A stretch of 64,000 nt of DNA from an uncultured Gemmatimonadales bacterium (lineage in GTDB: Bacteria > Gemmatimonadota > Gemmatimonadetes > Longimicrobiales > RSA9): positions 1,024,001 to 1,088,000 of the forward strand of contig CAWCUS010000006.1 of the NCBI GenBank assembly GCA_963798845.1, read 5' to 3'. A program made the translations under genes and the position numbers. The notes under the pieces are model-generated. The model was given only the letters and a program-made list of their open reading frames with translations, was not told where the DNA came from and made no database searches. This document shows positions 41,310 through 51,303 of this stretch, piece by piece. Numbering within the stretch: position 1 is the first letter of the stretch; the number at the start of each line of letters is the position of its first letter.

Positions 41310-43016
41310 TCAGTTCCGCGCGAACAGCGTCCAGCCCTGGTACCACGGCGTCGCCGCCGGGTCCACGGCGCCCACGTACGACGTGGCCGGCATGGGCCCG
41401 CCGAAGAAGTTCTCGACGCGTCTGGCGATGGGCGTGCCGGCGAACGAGCTCATACCGCCGTCCGCCGCGGCCGACCCAGAGGCCGGGGCGAGGTCGAGGC
41501 TGCTGTTCGTCACGTCGTCCGAGCTGGTGGGAAGCGAGCCGCCGAACAGGTCGGCGATCTGGGCGGTGAGGATGTTCCAGGCGCTCGCGTTGTCGAACAG
41601 CACCGAGCCGAAGTTGGTGCCCGCCGGCTCGAAGTTGCTCCCGTTCTCCGCCAGGATGATGTTGCGAAAGTAGAGCGAATCGGCGTCCAGCAGGTCCTTG
41701 CTCTCCTGGTTGCGGACGCTGATGCCCACGCCGGGCCAGCGGGCGATGATCCCGTTCACGAACGTGCCGCCCGAACCACGCCGGACCACCGCACCGCTGC
41801 CGTCCGAGGTCGAGAACACGCCCGCTCCCGGGCCGATGACCGTGAAGTTGGCCCACACCGGCGCCGAGTGGGGCGCATTCGAATAGGCGCAGCCGGCCTT
41901 GTCGATCTCGCACCCGTCACCTTCGAATCCGCGCGGATCGCTGGACACCGTGCCGGTGCCGGGGCGTGGCTGGAGCACGGACGTCTGGAGCGCGATCAGG
42001 AACTGCGCCCGGCCTTCGAAGCCCTCGGTCCAGTCGAAGTGGTCATCGCCGGTCTCGAAGGAGACGATGTGGCGATAGTCGCCGGCGCCGCCGAACGACT
42101 CAATGCCATCATCGAGACCCGCCATCACCTCCACGTAGTCCAGCGTGGTCCCGCGGCCGACCGCGTAGTTGGAGATGCTGTTGAGCTCCTGCCCGGCGCC
42201 GTTCGAAACGTCGTAGCCGGCGAACTCCACCCGCACGTACTCGAGCGAGCCCGAGCTGTCGTTGAAGTCCGTGCCGCCCGAGTAGTCCTCGGCGGCGCCC
42301 GTGGGCCCCTCGGTGAAAATGGGGCTGGCGGTGCGGTTGATCAGCCCGTTGCCGACCATGATGATGCCGCCCCAGTCGCCGGGCGCCCGCTTCCCCTCCG
42401 CGCGCTGAGACGTGAAGCGGATCGGCTGGTCGGCCGTGCCCTCGGCCATGAGCCTGGAGCCGCGCAGGATCCACAGCGAGCTGCCTGGCACCAGGGTGTC
42501 GCCCACCACGGTCGTACCGGGCTCCACCGTCAGCGTGGCACCGTTGCTCACCTTCACGTATCCGCTCAGGACGTACGTGGTGTCGCTGTGGAAGGTGCGG
42601 TCGAGCGTGACGCCGGTGACCATGGCCACCTTCGGCCCATCCCCGGGCGTGGTCACGCTGACCGCGTTGCTGTTCGAGCTCTTCGAGGTCCCCTGGACCG
42701 CGCGCACCTGGTAGCTGTAGGTGGTCGCGGGCGAGACGCCGTCATCGGTGAACGCCGTGGCGGTGAGCCCCGTCGCCAGCGTGGTGTGGCTGCCGCTCCC
42801 CTGGGCGCGGTCGATCTCGTAGCTCGCGGCGCCCGTGACCTGGCTCCACGTGACCTGTACGGTGGTGGCGGAGACGGCCTGCGCCTGAACGTTCGTGGGT
42901 GCGTCCAGCACCACCGGCTCCGTGCCGCCGTCGCCGCCGTTGTCACTGCAAGCCACCGTCGCGCCTGTGGCCAGCGCCGCGGCGAAGACGGCCAGTCTGC
43001 GAAAGTCGAATCGCAT
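41310..43016 (-). CDS. surface lipoprotein with FN3 domain and beta-helix-like domain
   Basis: MRFDFRRLAVFAAALATGATVAC lipobox, FN3 (APTNVQA..VTW..YSYQVRA), GTADQPIRFTS, GDWGG, DDGIE, DDHFDW. Confidence 0.8.
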   Translation of the reverse strand: MRFDFRRLAVFAAALATGATVACSDNGGDGGTEPVVLDAPTNVQAQAVSATTVQVTWSQVTGAASYEIDRAQGSGSHTTLATGLTATAFTDDGVSPATTYSYQVRAVQGTSKSSNSNAVSVTTPGDGPKVAMVTGVTLDRTFHSDTTYVLSGYVKVSNGATLTVEPGTTVVGDTLVPGSSLWILRGSRLMAEGTADQPIRFTSQRAEGKRAPGDWGGIIMVGNGLINRTASPIFTEGPTGAAEDYSGGTDFNDSSGSLEYVRVEFAGYDVSNGAGQELNSISNYAVGRGTTLDYVEVMAGLDDGIESFGGAGDYRHIVSFETGDDHFDWTEGFEGRAQFLIALQTSVLQPRPGTGTVSSDPRGFEGDGCEIDKAGCAYSNAPHSAPVWANFTVIGPGAGVFSTSDGSGAVVRRGSGGTFVNGIIARWPGVGISVRNQESKDLLDADSLYFRNIILAENGSNFEPAGTNFGSVLFDNASAWNILTAQIADLFGGSLPTSSDDVTNSSLDLAPASGSAAADGGMSSFAGTPIARRVENFFGGPMPATSYVGAVDPAATPWYQGWTLFARN

Positions 43017-43088
43017 CGTCGGTTGTTCTCCCTCTCGGGTTCGGGATCGAGTGATCACCACAACATGAGCGGCTCCTGCACGGAGGCG

Positions 43089-43126
43089 ATCACGCGCCCG
43101 TAACGCCCGGGTCACGTCCGTCCCAC
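43089..43126 (-). promoter_or_regulatory. Pho-box-like 11-bp direct repeats upstream of lipoprotein
   Basis: Plus-strand ATCAC/GTAAC/GTCAC/CCCAC at 43089, 43100, 43111, 43122. Confidence 0.6.
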
Positions 43127-43312
43127 CGTTCGGTCTATGACGCGCGAGCGGAAGACCGCGGACGGCCTGGGCGGGGTGGCGAACGGGCCCGCGCGGGCGA
43201 CGGGGCCCGACGGCATCCTGAAGGCGGTCACGCAACGCCCTCCTTTCCCGGGTCCCCGCGCCGCGCGCGACCTCGCCCGTGTGCACACAGGTGCGCCCGC
43301 CATGGCCAGATC

Positions 43313-43350
43313 GTGACGTGGTCGTGACTCGAGGGCCGCACGGGCGTGAC
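43313..43350 (+). promoter_or_regulatory. Pho-box-like repeats upstream of TonB receptor
   Basis: GTGAC at 43313, 43324, 43346 (multiples of 11). Confidence 0.55.
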
Positions 43351-43424
43351 CGCGAACGGCCACCATCAGACAGACGCGGAGGGATCCGCTCGCCGCGACC
43401 GAGAGAACAGAGGAATCAGACCTG

Positions 43425-46197
43425 ATGCGACATCACTTCCGTTCGCTGTTGCTCGTGTTCGCGGCCCTGCGTCGCCGCGGCCCCCGCTGCCGGCCAGACG
43501 GGTCGGATCGTGGGGCGCGTCATGGACAGCCAGACGGGCGAGGCGGTTCCGGGAACGCAGGTCACGGTGGACGGCACCGGGCTCAGCGTCCTGGCGAGCG
43601 TGGACGGGCGCTTCATGCTGTCGAACGTGCCGGCTGGTCAACGGTCGGTCACGGCCGCGTATCTGGGCTACGGCTCCAAGACCGTGGAGGCAGTGGAGGT
43701 GCCGGCCGGGGGCGCGGTGGAGCAGAACATCGCGCTGTCGCCGCAGGCGCTGAACCTCGGGGCCGTGAAGGTGTCGGCGGTGAGGGAACGGGGCACGGTG
43801 GCGTCGGCGGTGAACGAGCAGCGGACGGCGGTGGGGGTCACCAGCGCCACCACGGCGGAGCAGATGGCGAAGAGCCCGGACAGCGACGCGGCGGAGGCCG
43901 TGCGACGGGTCAGCGGCGTGACGGTGGAGGACGGGAAGTACGTGTTCGTGCGGGGACTCGGGGAGCGCTACACCACGACGTCGCTGAACGGCGCCCGGGT
44001 GCCGAGCCCGGAGCCGGAGAAGAAGGTGGTGCCGCTGGACCTCTTCCCCTCGAACCTCCTGGAAGCGATCACCACGTCGAAGACGTTCACGCCGGACCAG
44101 CCGGGGGACTTCAGCGGAGCGTCGGTGGACCTGCGCACGCGCTCGTTCCCGGCGAACCGTATGCTCCGCCTCTCGGTGTCGAGCGGGTACAATACGGCAG
44201 TGACGGGCAAGGCCATGCTCCTGCCGGCGACGCAGGGCGGCGAGTGGGCGGCGCTGGCGGCGAGTCAGCGTTCGCTCCCGTCGTCGCTGACGAGCGTGCA
44301 GGACTTCTCGCAGCTGTCGCGCTCGGAGCTGAACACCATGATCCGGGCGCTGCCGCGCGACTGGACCGCGGGCGAGGGGTCGGGGCAGCCGAACCTGTCG
44401 GGGAGCCTGTCGTTCGGCGGCGAGGACCCGGTCCTCGGCCACCGCTTCGGCTACGTGGGGTCTCTCTCCTACTCCCACAACCAGTCTGCGCACCTCGGTG
44501 AGATCCGGGCTCGCGCCGTCCCCGGCGACGCGACCGGGACGCCCGTTCCGTACAACACGTTCCTGGGGAGCACGGGCCAGAGCAGCGTGCTGTGGGGCGG
44601 CCTGCTGAACCTGAGCACGTATGTCGGCCCGGCCACGAAGATCGAGCTGAACAACACGTACGACCGCACGGCCGACAACATCGCGCACCAGGACTGGGGC
44701 ACTCTGGAGGAGTTCACCCAGGTGGACAGCGTGCAGCGGACGTCGCTCCGGTACGTGGAGCGGAGCGTTCGCTCCAACCAGCTGCGCGCGGCGCACCAGC
44801 TGAACGATCGGAACAGGATCACGTGGGCGGTCACGTCCTCCGCGGTCTCCCGCGTGGAGCCGGATCGCGCCGACCTGGCGTACGGGTTGGAGACCGCGCC
44901 CACGGGCGAGCGCCTCCCGCTCGCGTGGCTGGGGTTCATCCCGGAAGCGGCCAAGCGGACCACCTCGAGTCTGAGCGAGGACGCCTGGAACGGCGACCTG
45001 GAGTACGCGCTCTCGCTTGGCACACCCGAGCACGAGACCACCCTGCGGATCGGCGGCTCGTACCGATACACGAGGCGGGACGCGTCGAGCGCGTCGTACA
45101 ACCTGCGCGCGGTGGGGCTCGATGCCGCCGCGCGCGCGGCGACGCCCGACCAGCTCTTCTACGGCCGCTACACGGCCGGTGACGCGACGCACATCATCCT
45201 CGAGCCGAACGCGAGCGGGGGCGCGTACGACGCTACGGATCGCGTGCGCGCGGGCTACCTCATGGCGGAGGTGCCGCTCGCGTGGTGGCTGCGGGTGGTC
45301 GGGGGGGCACGCGTGGAGCGGTGGACGCTGGACATGCAGGCGGAGCCCACGGATCGCGGCTTGGTGGACATCGGCCGCGACAACACGGACGTGCTCCCGT
45401 CGCTCGCGCTCAACGCGCGGCTGGGGGAGAACCAGGCGCTCCGGCTGTCGGCCACGCAGACGCTGGCGAGGCCCGAGTACCGGGAGCTCGCGCCGATCAG
45501 CTACCGCGACATGCTGGGGGAGCGCGAGGTGTTCGGAGATTCGAGCCTGGTCCGCACGCTGGTCCAGAACTACGACCTGCGCTGGGAGTACTACCCGTCC
45601 CTCACCGAGGTCGTCAGCGTCGGTCTGTTCGCCAAGCACTTCGACCACCCGATCGAGCAGATCGACGTCGCCACCTCCGGGGTGTCGCAGCTCAGCTTCA
45701 TCAACGCCCGGTCCGCGATCAACTACGGCGTCGAGCTCGAGCTCCGAAAAGGACTCGGCTTTCTCGCCGACCCTCTGGAGCCGCTCGGGGCGTTCGCGAA
45801 CGTGACCTTCATGCACAGCCGGATCAACACCAGCAACAGCACCCTCTCGGCACTCACCAACGACGAGCGACCCATGGTCGGACAGGCACCCTACGTCGTC
45901 AACGCCGGGCTGTCCTACGCCCGTGGCGGCGGCGCCAGTGCGACGGTCCTGTACAACGTCGTGGGCAGGCGGATCTCCTCCGCTGCCGTCACGCCGATCA
46001 CGGTGGACACGTACGAGCAGCGCCGCCAACAGCTCGACTTCTCCCTGCGCCTGCCGCTCACCCGCGGCGTCGACGCGAAGCTGGACGCCAAGAACCTGCT
46101 CGACTCCCCGTACGAAGAGCGTCAGGGCGACGTCGTCCGCTACCGCTACACCACAGGCCGCAGGCTTTCCCTCGGGTTCAGCGTTCAGCTGGATTGA
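43425..46197 (+). CDS. TonB-dependent receptor; signal peptide is frameshifted near 43470
   Basis: Main frame 43510-46197 with plug (RRVSGV..VRGLGERY..LDLFP..KTFTPD). RBS-preceded ATG 43425 gives MRHHFRSLLLVFAAL in another frame. Confidence 0.8.
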
Positions 46198-46292
46198 GCG
46201 CTCACGCGGTGGAGCGGCGCCAGGCCCGGCCGGAACGTCCCGGCCGGGCCTGGCTCGTCCGGGGAGTCGAGGAGGTGCGGCGGCGGAAGCCC

Positions 46293-46330
46293 GTGATGTG
46301 TATGTTACATGCCGGTTACCTCGGGTTGAC
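46293..46330 (+). promoter_or_regulatory. Pho-box-like repeats upstream of phoB
   Basis: GTGAT/GTTAC/GTTAC/TTGAC at 46293, 46304, 46315, 46326. Confidence 0.65.
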
Positions 46331-46442
46331 CCTTACCCCCTAGTCCTACAGGGGACGAGTCCAACCAGGCCGCCCGCCGGGCGGGTGCCCCGCTCCGGGG
46401 CGCCTCCTCCGCCGGCGCCGCCTCACCCGCGAGAGGAACAGG

Positions 46443-47159
46443 ATGGCAGGAGCCACGACGGCCTCGGCGCAGATCCTGGTGGTGGAAGACGAGCGCGACA
46501 TCGCGGCCCTGGTGGCCTATCACCTGACGCGCGAAGGATTCCGTGTGCGCACGGTGGCGAGCGGCGATGAAGCGCTTGAAGCCGTGCGGGCGGACCGCCC
46601 GGATCTGGTAGTGCTGGATCTGATGCTCCCCGAGCGTTCCGGATACGAAGTGCTGACGGAGCTGCGACGTCGGAGCGAGATGCGGGAAGTGCCGGTGGTG
46701 GTGCTCACCGCCCGTCGTGAGGAGGCGGACCGGATCAAGGGGCTGGAGCTGGGCGCGGACGACTACATGACGAAGCCGTTCAGCCCGCAGGAGCTCGTGC
46801 TCCGCATCGGTGCGGTGCTGCGGCGGGTGCAGGCGCCGCCCGTGGCGGGGGCCGGGCGGACGCTCCGCTCCGGCCCGGTGGTCGTGGACGTGTCCGCCAT
46901 GACCGTGACCGTGAACGGCGAGCCCGTGGACCTGACGCCCACGGAGTACAGGCTGCTGATGGCGCTGCTGGAGCGGAAGGGGCGGGTGCAGAGCCGGCAG
47001 CAGCTGCTGGAGAGCGCGTGGGACATCCACGTGCATATCGAGACGCGCACGGTCGACATGCACATCCAGCGGCTGCGCTCGAAGCTGGGGGAGGCCGGGG
47101 ACCTCATCGAGACGGTCCGCGGGTTCGGCTATAGACTCCGCGGCGCAGAGAACGCCTGA
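46443..47159 (+). CDS. phoB: OmpR/PhoB response regulator
   Basis: VVEDE, LDLMLP, GADDYMTKPFS, RTVDMHIQRLR, ETVRGFGY; context with pstB and phoU. Confidence 0.88.
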   Translation: MAGATTASAQILVVEDERDIAALVAYHLTREGFRVRTVASGDEALEAVRADRPDLVVLDLMLPERSGYEVLTELRRRSEMREVPVVVLTARREEADRIKGLELGADDYMTKPFSPQELVLRIGAVLRRVQAPPVAGAGRTLRSGPVVVDVSAMTVTVNGEPVDLTPTEYRLLMALLERKGRVQSRQQLLESAWDIHVHIETRTVDMHIQRLRSKLGEAGDLIETVRGFGYRLRGAENA

Positions 47160-47175
47160 ACAGGGCGCCGTTCCA

Positions 47176-48591
47176 ATGCGCATCCGGCTCCGCGTCCTGC
47201 TCCCGGCCCTCGTCGGCGTCCTGGGCGCCGTCGTGGTCGTCGTGGCTGCCAACGCGGTGGGCGTCGACGTGGCCCGGGCCCTTTCCGAGGACCCTTCCGG
47301 CATGACGCGCGCCGCCCACGCGGCGCGCGACGCCGTGCTGCGCTGGGGCGTCCTGGCGCTCGCGTTGTCCATCGTCGCCAGCATCATAGCCGGACGGGCC
47401 ATGGCGCGTCCCCTGGAGCAGGTGCGGCGCCTGGCAGAGCAGCTCGGAGGCGAGCGGCCGGCCACAGCCGGCGCCAGCGTGGTGGCGGAAGTGCAGGACG
47501 TGGTGCGCTCCATGGCGCGGACCGCCGGCGAGCTGCGGGATCGGGGAGAGCGTGAGGCGAGCGAGCGGGCGGAGCTCGCCGCGCTGGTGGAAGCGTTCTC
47601 CGAAGGGATCATCCAGCTCGATCCGGACGGCCGAATCGTCCGGGTGAACGGCGCCGCTCGCAAGATGATGGGGTGGCCCGCCGACGCTGCGGGCCGGCGC
47701 GCCGCGTCGCTGCTCCGGAACCCGGAGCTCCGTCGCCTTCTCGACACGGGGTCGATCGGGGGCGAGCCCGTGGAACTGGCGCTCGATGACAAGCGGCTGC
47801 TCGTCACCACCGGTCGCGGCCCCGGCGACGGCATCGTGGCCACGGTGGTGGACCTCACCGACCTGCGTCGCCTCGAGGAGGTGCGCCGCGACTTCGTCGC
47901 CAATGCCAGCCACGAGCTGAAGACGCCGCTGACCTCCATCCGCGGGTACACCGAGACGCTCCTCGGCGGCGGGCTCCCCGAAGACGACCAGCGTCAGTTC
48001 CTCGCCACCATAGCCCGCAACGCCGAGCGCCTCCAGCACATCGTGGACGACCTGCTCGACCTCTCCCGACTCGAGTCCGGACGCTGGCACCCGGAGCTGC
48101 AGCCCGTCCACCTGCTCCAGCACGCCGAGAACGCGTGGGCACCCTTCGCTGACCGCGCCGCCGACGCCGGCGTCTCCTTCCGCGTCGCGGCGGCCGGCGA
48201 CCCGGTCGCCGACACCGCACTCGCCGACCCCCGAGCCGTCGAGCAGGTCTTCGCCAACCTCTTCGACAACGCCCTCCGCTACACGCCCGGAAATGGCAGC
48301 GTAACCGTCACCGCCTCCACCAGCGAGACCGCGCCGGGAAGCGGCGCCACCCGCGGACCCTGGCGGGTGGTCGAGGTCGCCGACACCGGATCCGGCATCC
48401 CACGCGATGCGCTGCCACGCATCTTCGAGCGCTTCTACCGCGTCGATCCCGCCCGCTCCCGCGCCGAGGGCGGCACCGGTCTCGGCCTCTCCATCGTCAG
48501 GCACATGGTGGACAGCATGGGCGGCGGGATCACTGCGGACAGCGCGCTCGGAAAGGGGACGACGATCCGGTTCTGGCTACGGACGAGGTGA
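47176..48591 (+). CDS. phoR: sensor histidine kinase PhoR
   Basis: 2 TM, HAMP, PAS, RRDFVANASHELKTPL, FERFYRVD..RSR..GGTGLGL. Confidence 0.88.
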   Translation: MRIRLRVLLPALVGVLGAVVVVVAANAVGVDVARALSEDPSGMTRAAHAARDAVLRWGVLALALSIVASIIAGRAMARPLEQVRRLAEQLGGERPATAGASVVAEVQDVVRSMARTAGELRDRGEREASERAELAALVEAFSEGIIQLDPDGRIVRVNGAARKMMGWPADAAGRRAASLLRNPELRRLLDTGSIGGEPVELALDDKRLLVTTGRGPGDGIVATVVDLTDLRRLEEVRRDFVANASHELKTPLTSIRGYTETLLGGGLPEDDQRQFLATIARNAERLQHIVDDLLDLSRLESGRWHPELQPVHLLQHAENAWAPFADRAADAGVSFRVAAAGDPVADTALADPRAVEQVFANLFDNALRYTPGNGSVTVTASTSETAPGSGATRGPWRVVEVADTGSGIPRDALPRIFERFYRVDPARSRAEGGTGLGLSIVRHMVDSMGGGITADSALGKGTTIRFWLRTR

Positions 48592-48606
48592 CGCGGGGCG
48601 CTCGCG

Positions 48607-48813
48607 CGGCCCCGCTGCGCGGGGAGTCGAGCCTCGGCGGCTGGCGCCGCCTCGGCCCCGCTGCGCGGGGAGTCGAACCTCGGCGGCTGGCGCCGCCTCG
48701 GCCCCGCTGCGCGGGGATTCGAACCTCGGCGGCTGGCGCCGCCTCGGCCCCGCTGCGCGGGGAGTCGAGCCTCGGCGGCTGGCGCCGCCTCGGCCCCGCT
48801 TCGCGGGGAGTCG
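48607..48813. repeat. 4.5 tandem copies of a 46-bp palindromic (REP/BIME-like) unit
   Basis: CGGCCCCGCTGCGCGGGGAGTCGARCCTCGGCGGCTGGCGCCGCCT starting at 48607, 48653, 48699, 48745, 48791. Confidence 0.92.
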
Positions 48814-48822
48814 GAGGGTGCT

Positions 48823-48860
48823 GTTACACAGCCGCGACGGTTCCGTGGCTGGGCGGCGAC
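48823..48860 (+). promoter_or_regulatory. degenerate Pho-box-like repeats upstream of STAS-like gene
   Basis: GTTAC/GCGAC/GTGGC/GCGAC at 48823, 48834, 48845, 48856. Confidence 0.4.
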
Positions 48861-48911
48861 GGTGGCCCGCCAGACTTCTCCATGAGGGCCAATCGACTCG
48901 TGGAGGATGAG

Positions 48912-49298
48912 ATGACACCGCACGTGGACCGCGATAATGGCTACGCCACCTTCCGCGAGGGGCGCTCGGCCTGCATCCGGTTGACGGGAGATCTCGACGC
49001 CGAAACTGCCCGGGCCATTGCTGCCCATCTCCGGCAGGACCGGCAGAGCATACGGCTGCGGCTGGAATGCTCGGCGCTCGAGCACGTGGATGCCGCTGGC
49101 GCCCGGATCCTCTCGGCCGCGCTCCTCCACTGGAGCCAGGGTGCGGGCGACCGCTCGGTCGACATCCTGAACCTGGCTGCCCACACGGCCTCCCGAGTCG
49201 CGCTACACCCTCTCGTTTCCTTCCTGGAGACCGACGAGCACCTGTTCATCGATCCGGATCGCGAGCTGTTCGCTGATCCTGCGGGGCGCGTGGCCTGA
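48912..49298 (+). CDS. STAS-domain-like protein
   Basis: GGAGG RBS; IRLTGDLDAETA..RLECSALEHVDAAGARIL STAS pattern. Confidence 0.65.
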   Translation: MTPHVDRDNGYATFREGRSACIRLTGDLDAETARAIAAHLRQDRQSIRLRLECSALEHVDAAGARILSAALLHWSQGAGDRSVDILNLAAHTASRVALHPLVSFLETDEHLFIDPDRELFADPAGRVA

Positions 49299-49338
49299 AC
49301 GGGACGACCTCGCTCCCGCGCGGCGCCCGGGGCCGGCA

Positions 49339-49365
49339 GTTACATTTCCGTTACACCGTCGTGAC
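49339..49365 (+). promoter_or_regulatory. Pho-box-like repeats upstream of porin-pstB-phoU
   Basis: GTTAC/GTTAC/GTGAC at 49339, 49350, 49361. Confidence 0.7.
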
Positions 49366-49448
49366 GGTGTCCGAGTACCGATTCGGCTATCTCTCCTCCA
49401 GCCCCGCACGTCACATCGGCGAGGCGGGTCGGGTGTGGAGTGGGAACA

Positions 49449-50507
49449 ATGAAACGGGCAATGCTGACGACGGCGGTCCTGGTGCTGCTCGGGGCGGGCG
49501 GTGCTCGGGGACAGTCCGTGCGTGTATTCGGTCGGAGCGAGCTGCAGTTTCACACGACGTCCGTGGGGTCGGAGGACGTCGGGGAAGGGGTGTCAGCGCC
49601 GGCGGCGACGGAGATGGAGCTTCGTCGCGCGCACCTGGGGGCGGAGGCCACGGTTTCGGATGGGGTCCTGGCGTTCATCCAGGTGGACTTCGGCGATGGC
49701 GTGCTGACGATCAAGGACGCGTATGCGGACGTGCGGCTCGCACAGGGCGTGTGGGTGCGGGCCGGGCAGTACAAGAAGCCATTCAGCCCGCTGGCGCTCT
49801 ACGGGAGCCCGCGGCTCCTGACGATCGAGCGGCAGGTCAGGATTCCGGGGCTGGAGAAGGTGGTGCCAGTGCCGGGAGAGGAGCAGTGGCTGCTGGCGGC
49901 CGGCCTGTACGCGGGCCGGCAGGTCGGGGCGATGGTCCACGGGGCGGCCGGGCCGCTCGGCTACGCCGCGGGCGTGTTCAACGGCGAGGGTGCGAACCGG
50001 CGGGAGGTGAGTGCGTCGAAGGCGTACACCGCCCGGCTGACATGGACGGCGGCCGCGCTGGTGCTGGGCGGTGGCGCGAGCGTGCAGCCGGTGCGGGATG
50101 CCGATGGCACGGAAGTGTCGGGGGCGGTGTGGGGGCTGGACGCGGAATATGGCCGGTTCGGTTTGCCGGGCCCGCACGTGCTCGGCGAGTGGATGTACGG
50201 CGACGATCTGGCGCTGGTCGCGGACGGTGCGGCGCCGGCCATGATGGGTGCGCAGGTCGCGGCCACCTACTTCATCCCTGGGCGGCGGGTGTTCCGTGGC
50301 TGGGAGCCGGTGCTTCGGGTGAGCTGGGCGGACCCGGACCGGGGCATTCCCGCGGACGCCGGCCTGCTGCTGACGCCGGGGGTCAACCTGTACTTCGCGG
50401 AACAGAGCCGGTTCATGCTGAACTGGGACGCCTACGTGTCGTCCCGGTCGGCACCGGGGTCGGAGCTGGAGTCGTCGTTCATGGCGGAGCTCCAGGTCGT
50501 TTTTTAG
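49449..50507 (+). CDS. phosphate-selective porin (OprO/OprP-like)
   Basis: Signal peptide, [26 protein letters not shown], terminal Phe; upstream of pstB. Confidence 0.8.
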   Translation: MKRAMLTTAVLVLLGAGGARGQSVRVFGRSELQFHTTSVGSEDVGEGVSAPAATEMELRRAHLGAEATVSDGVLAFIQVDFGDGVLTIKDAYADVRLAQGVWVRAGQYKKPFSPLALYGSPRLLTIERQVRIPGLEKVVPVPGEEQWLLAAGLYAGRQVGAMVHGAAGPLGYAAGVFNGEGANRREVSASKAYTARLTWTAAALVLGGGASVQPVRDADGTEVSGAVWGLDAEYGRFGLPGPHVLGEWMYGDDLALVADGAAPAMMGAQVAATYFIPGRRVFRGWEPVLRVSWADPDRGIPADAGLLLTPGVNLYFAEQSRFMLNWDAYVSSRSAPGSELESSFMAELQVVF

Positions 50508-50526
50508 GCGAACGAAACGGGAACGG

Positions 50527-51303
50527 ATGACAGACGCGATCCAGACGCCGCCGGGCGATGCCGTGCTGGAGACGGAGGACCTGTGGGTCTCGTACGGGGA
50601 GAACGCGGCCGTGCGGGAGGTCACGCTCAAGATCCCGCGCAACCAGGTCGTGGCGTTCATCGGTCCGTCGGGTTGCGGCAAGAGCACGCTGCTGCGCTGC
50701 TTCAACCGGATGAACGACCTGGTTCCGGCCGCGCGCGTGAAGGGGACCGTTCGTTACCACGGCAAGAACCTGTACGGCGACGACGTGGATCCCGTGGACG
50801 TTCGCCGGCGGATCGGGATGGTGTTCCAGAAGCCGAACCCGTTCCCGAAGTCGATCTACGACAACGTGGCGTTCGGCGTCCGCATCAATGGGTTCAAGGG
50901 GAGCCTGGACGAGCTCGTGGAGCGGGCGCTGCGGCAGGCAGCCCTGTGGGAGGAGGTGAAGGATCGGCTGACGGAGAGCGCGCTGAGCCTTTCGGGTGGG
51001 CAGCAACAGCGGCTGGTGGTGGCGCGTGCGCTGGCCATCGAGCCGGACGTGATCCTCATGGACGAGCCGACTTCGGCGCTGGACCCGATCGCGACGCAGA
51101 AGATCGAGGAGCTGATCTACGACCTGAAGCAGGACTACTCCGTCGTGATCGTTACGCATAACATGCAGCAGGCGGCCCGCATTTCCGACTACACGGCGTT
51201 CCTTTACATGGGCGAGCTGGTGGAATACGGCGCCACGGACGGGCTCTTCACGAACCCGGTGGAAGAGCGGACGGAGGCGTACATCACGGGGAGGTTCGGA
51301 TGA
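50527..51303 (+). CDS. pstB: phosphate ABC transporter ATPase
   Basis: [45 protein letters not shown]. Confidence 0.95.
   Translation: MTDAIQTPPGDAVLETEDLWVSYGENAAVREVTLKIPRNQVVAFIGPSGCGKSTLLRCFNRMNDLVPAARVKGTVRYHGKNLYGDDVDPVDVRRRIGMVFQKPNPFPKSIYDNVAFGVRINGFKGSLDELVERALRQAALWEEVKDRLTESALSLSGGQQQRLVVARALAIEPDVILMDEPTSALDPIATQKIEELIYDLKQDYSVVIVTHNMQQAARISDYTAFLYMGELVEYGATDGLFTNPVEERTEAYITGRFG

Noticed and set aside
48588..48911. N-terminal extension of ORF 48588-49298
   Set aside because: It is translated 46-bp repeat DNA; the RBS-supported start is 48912
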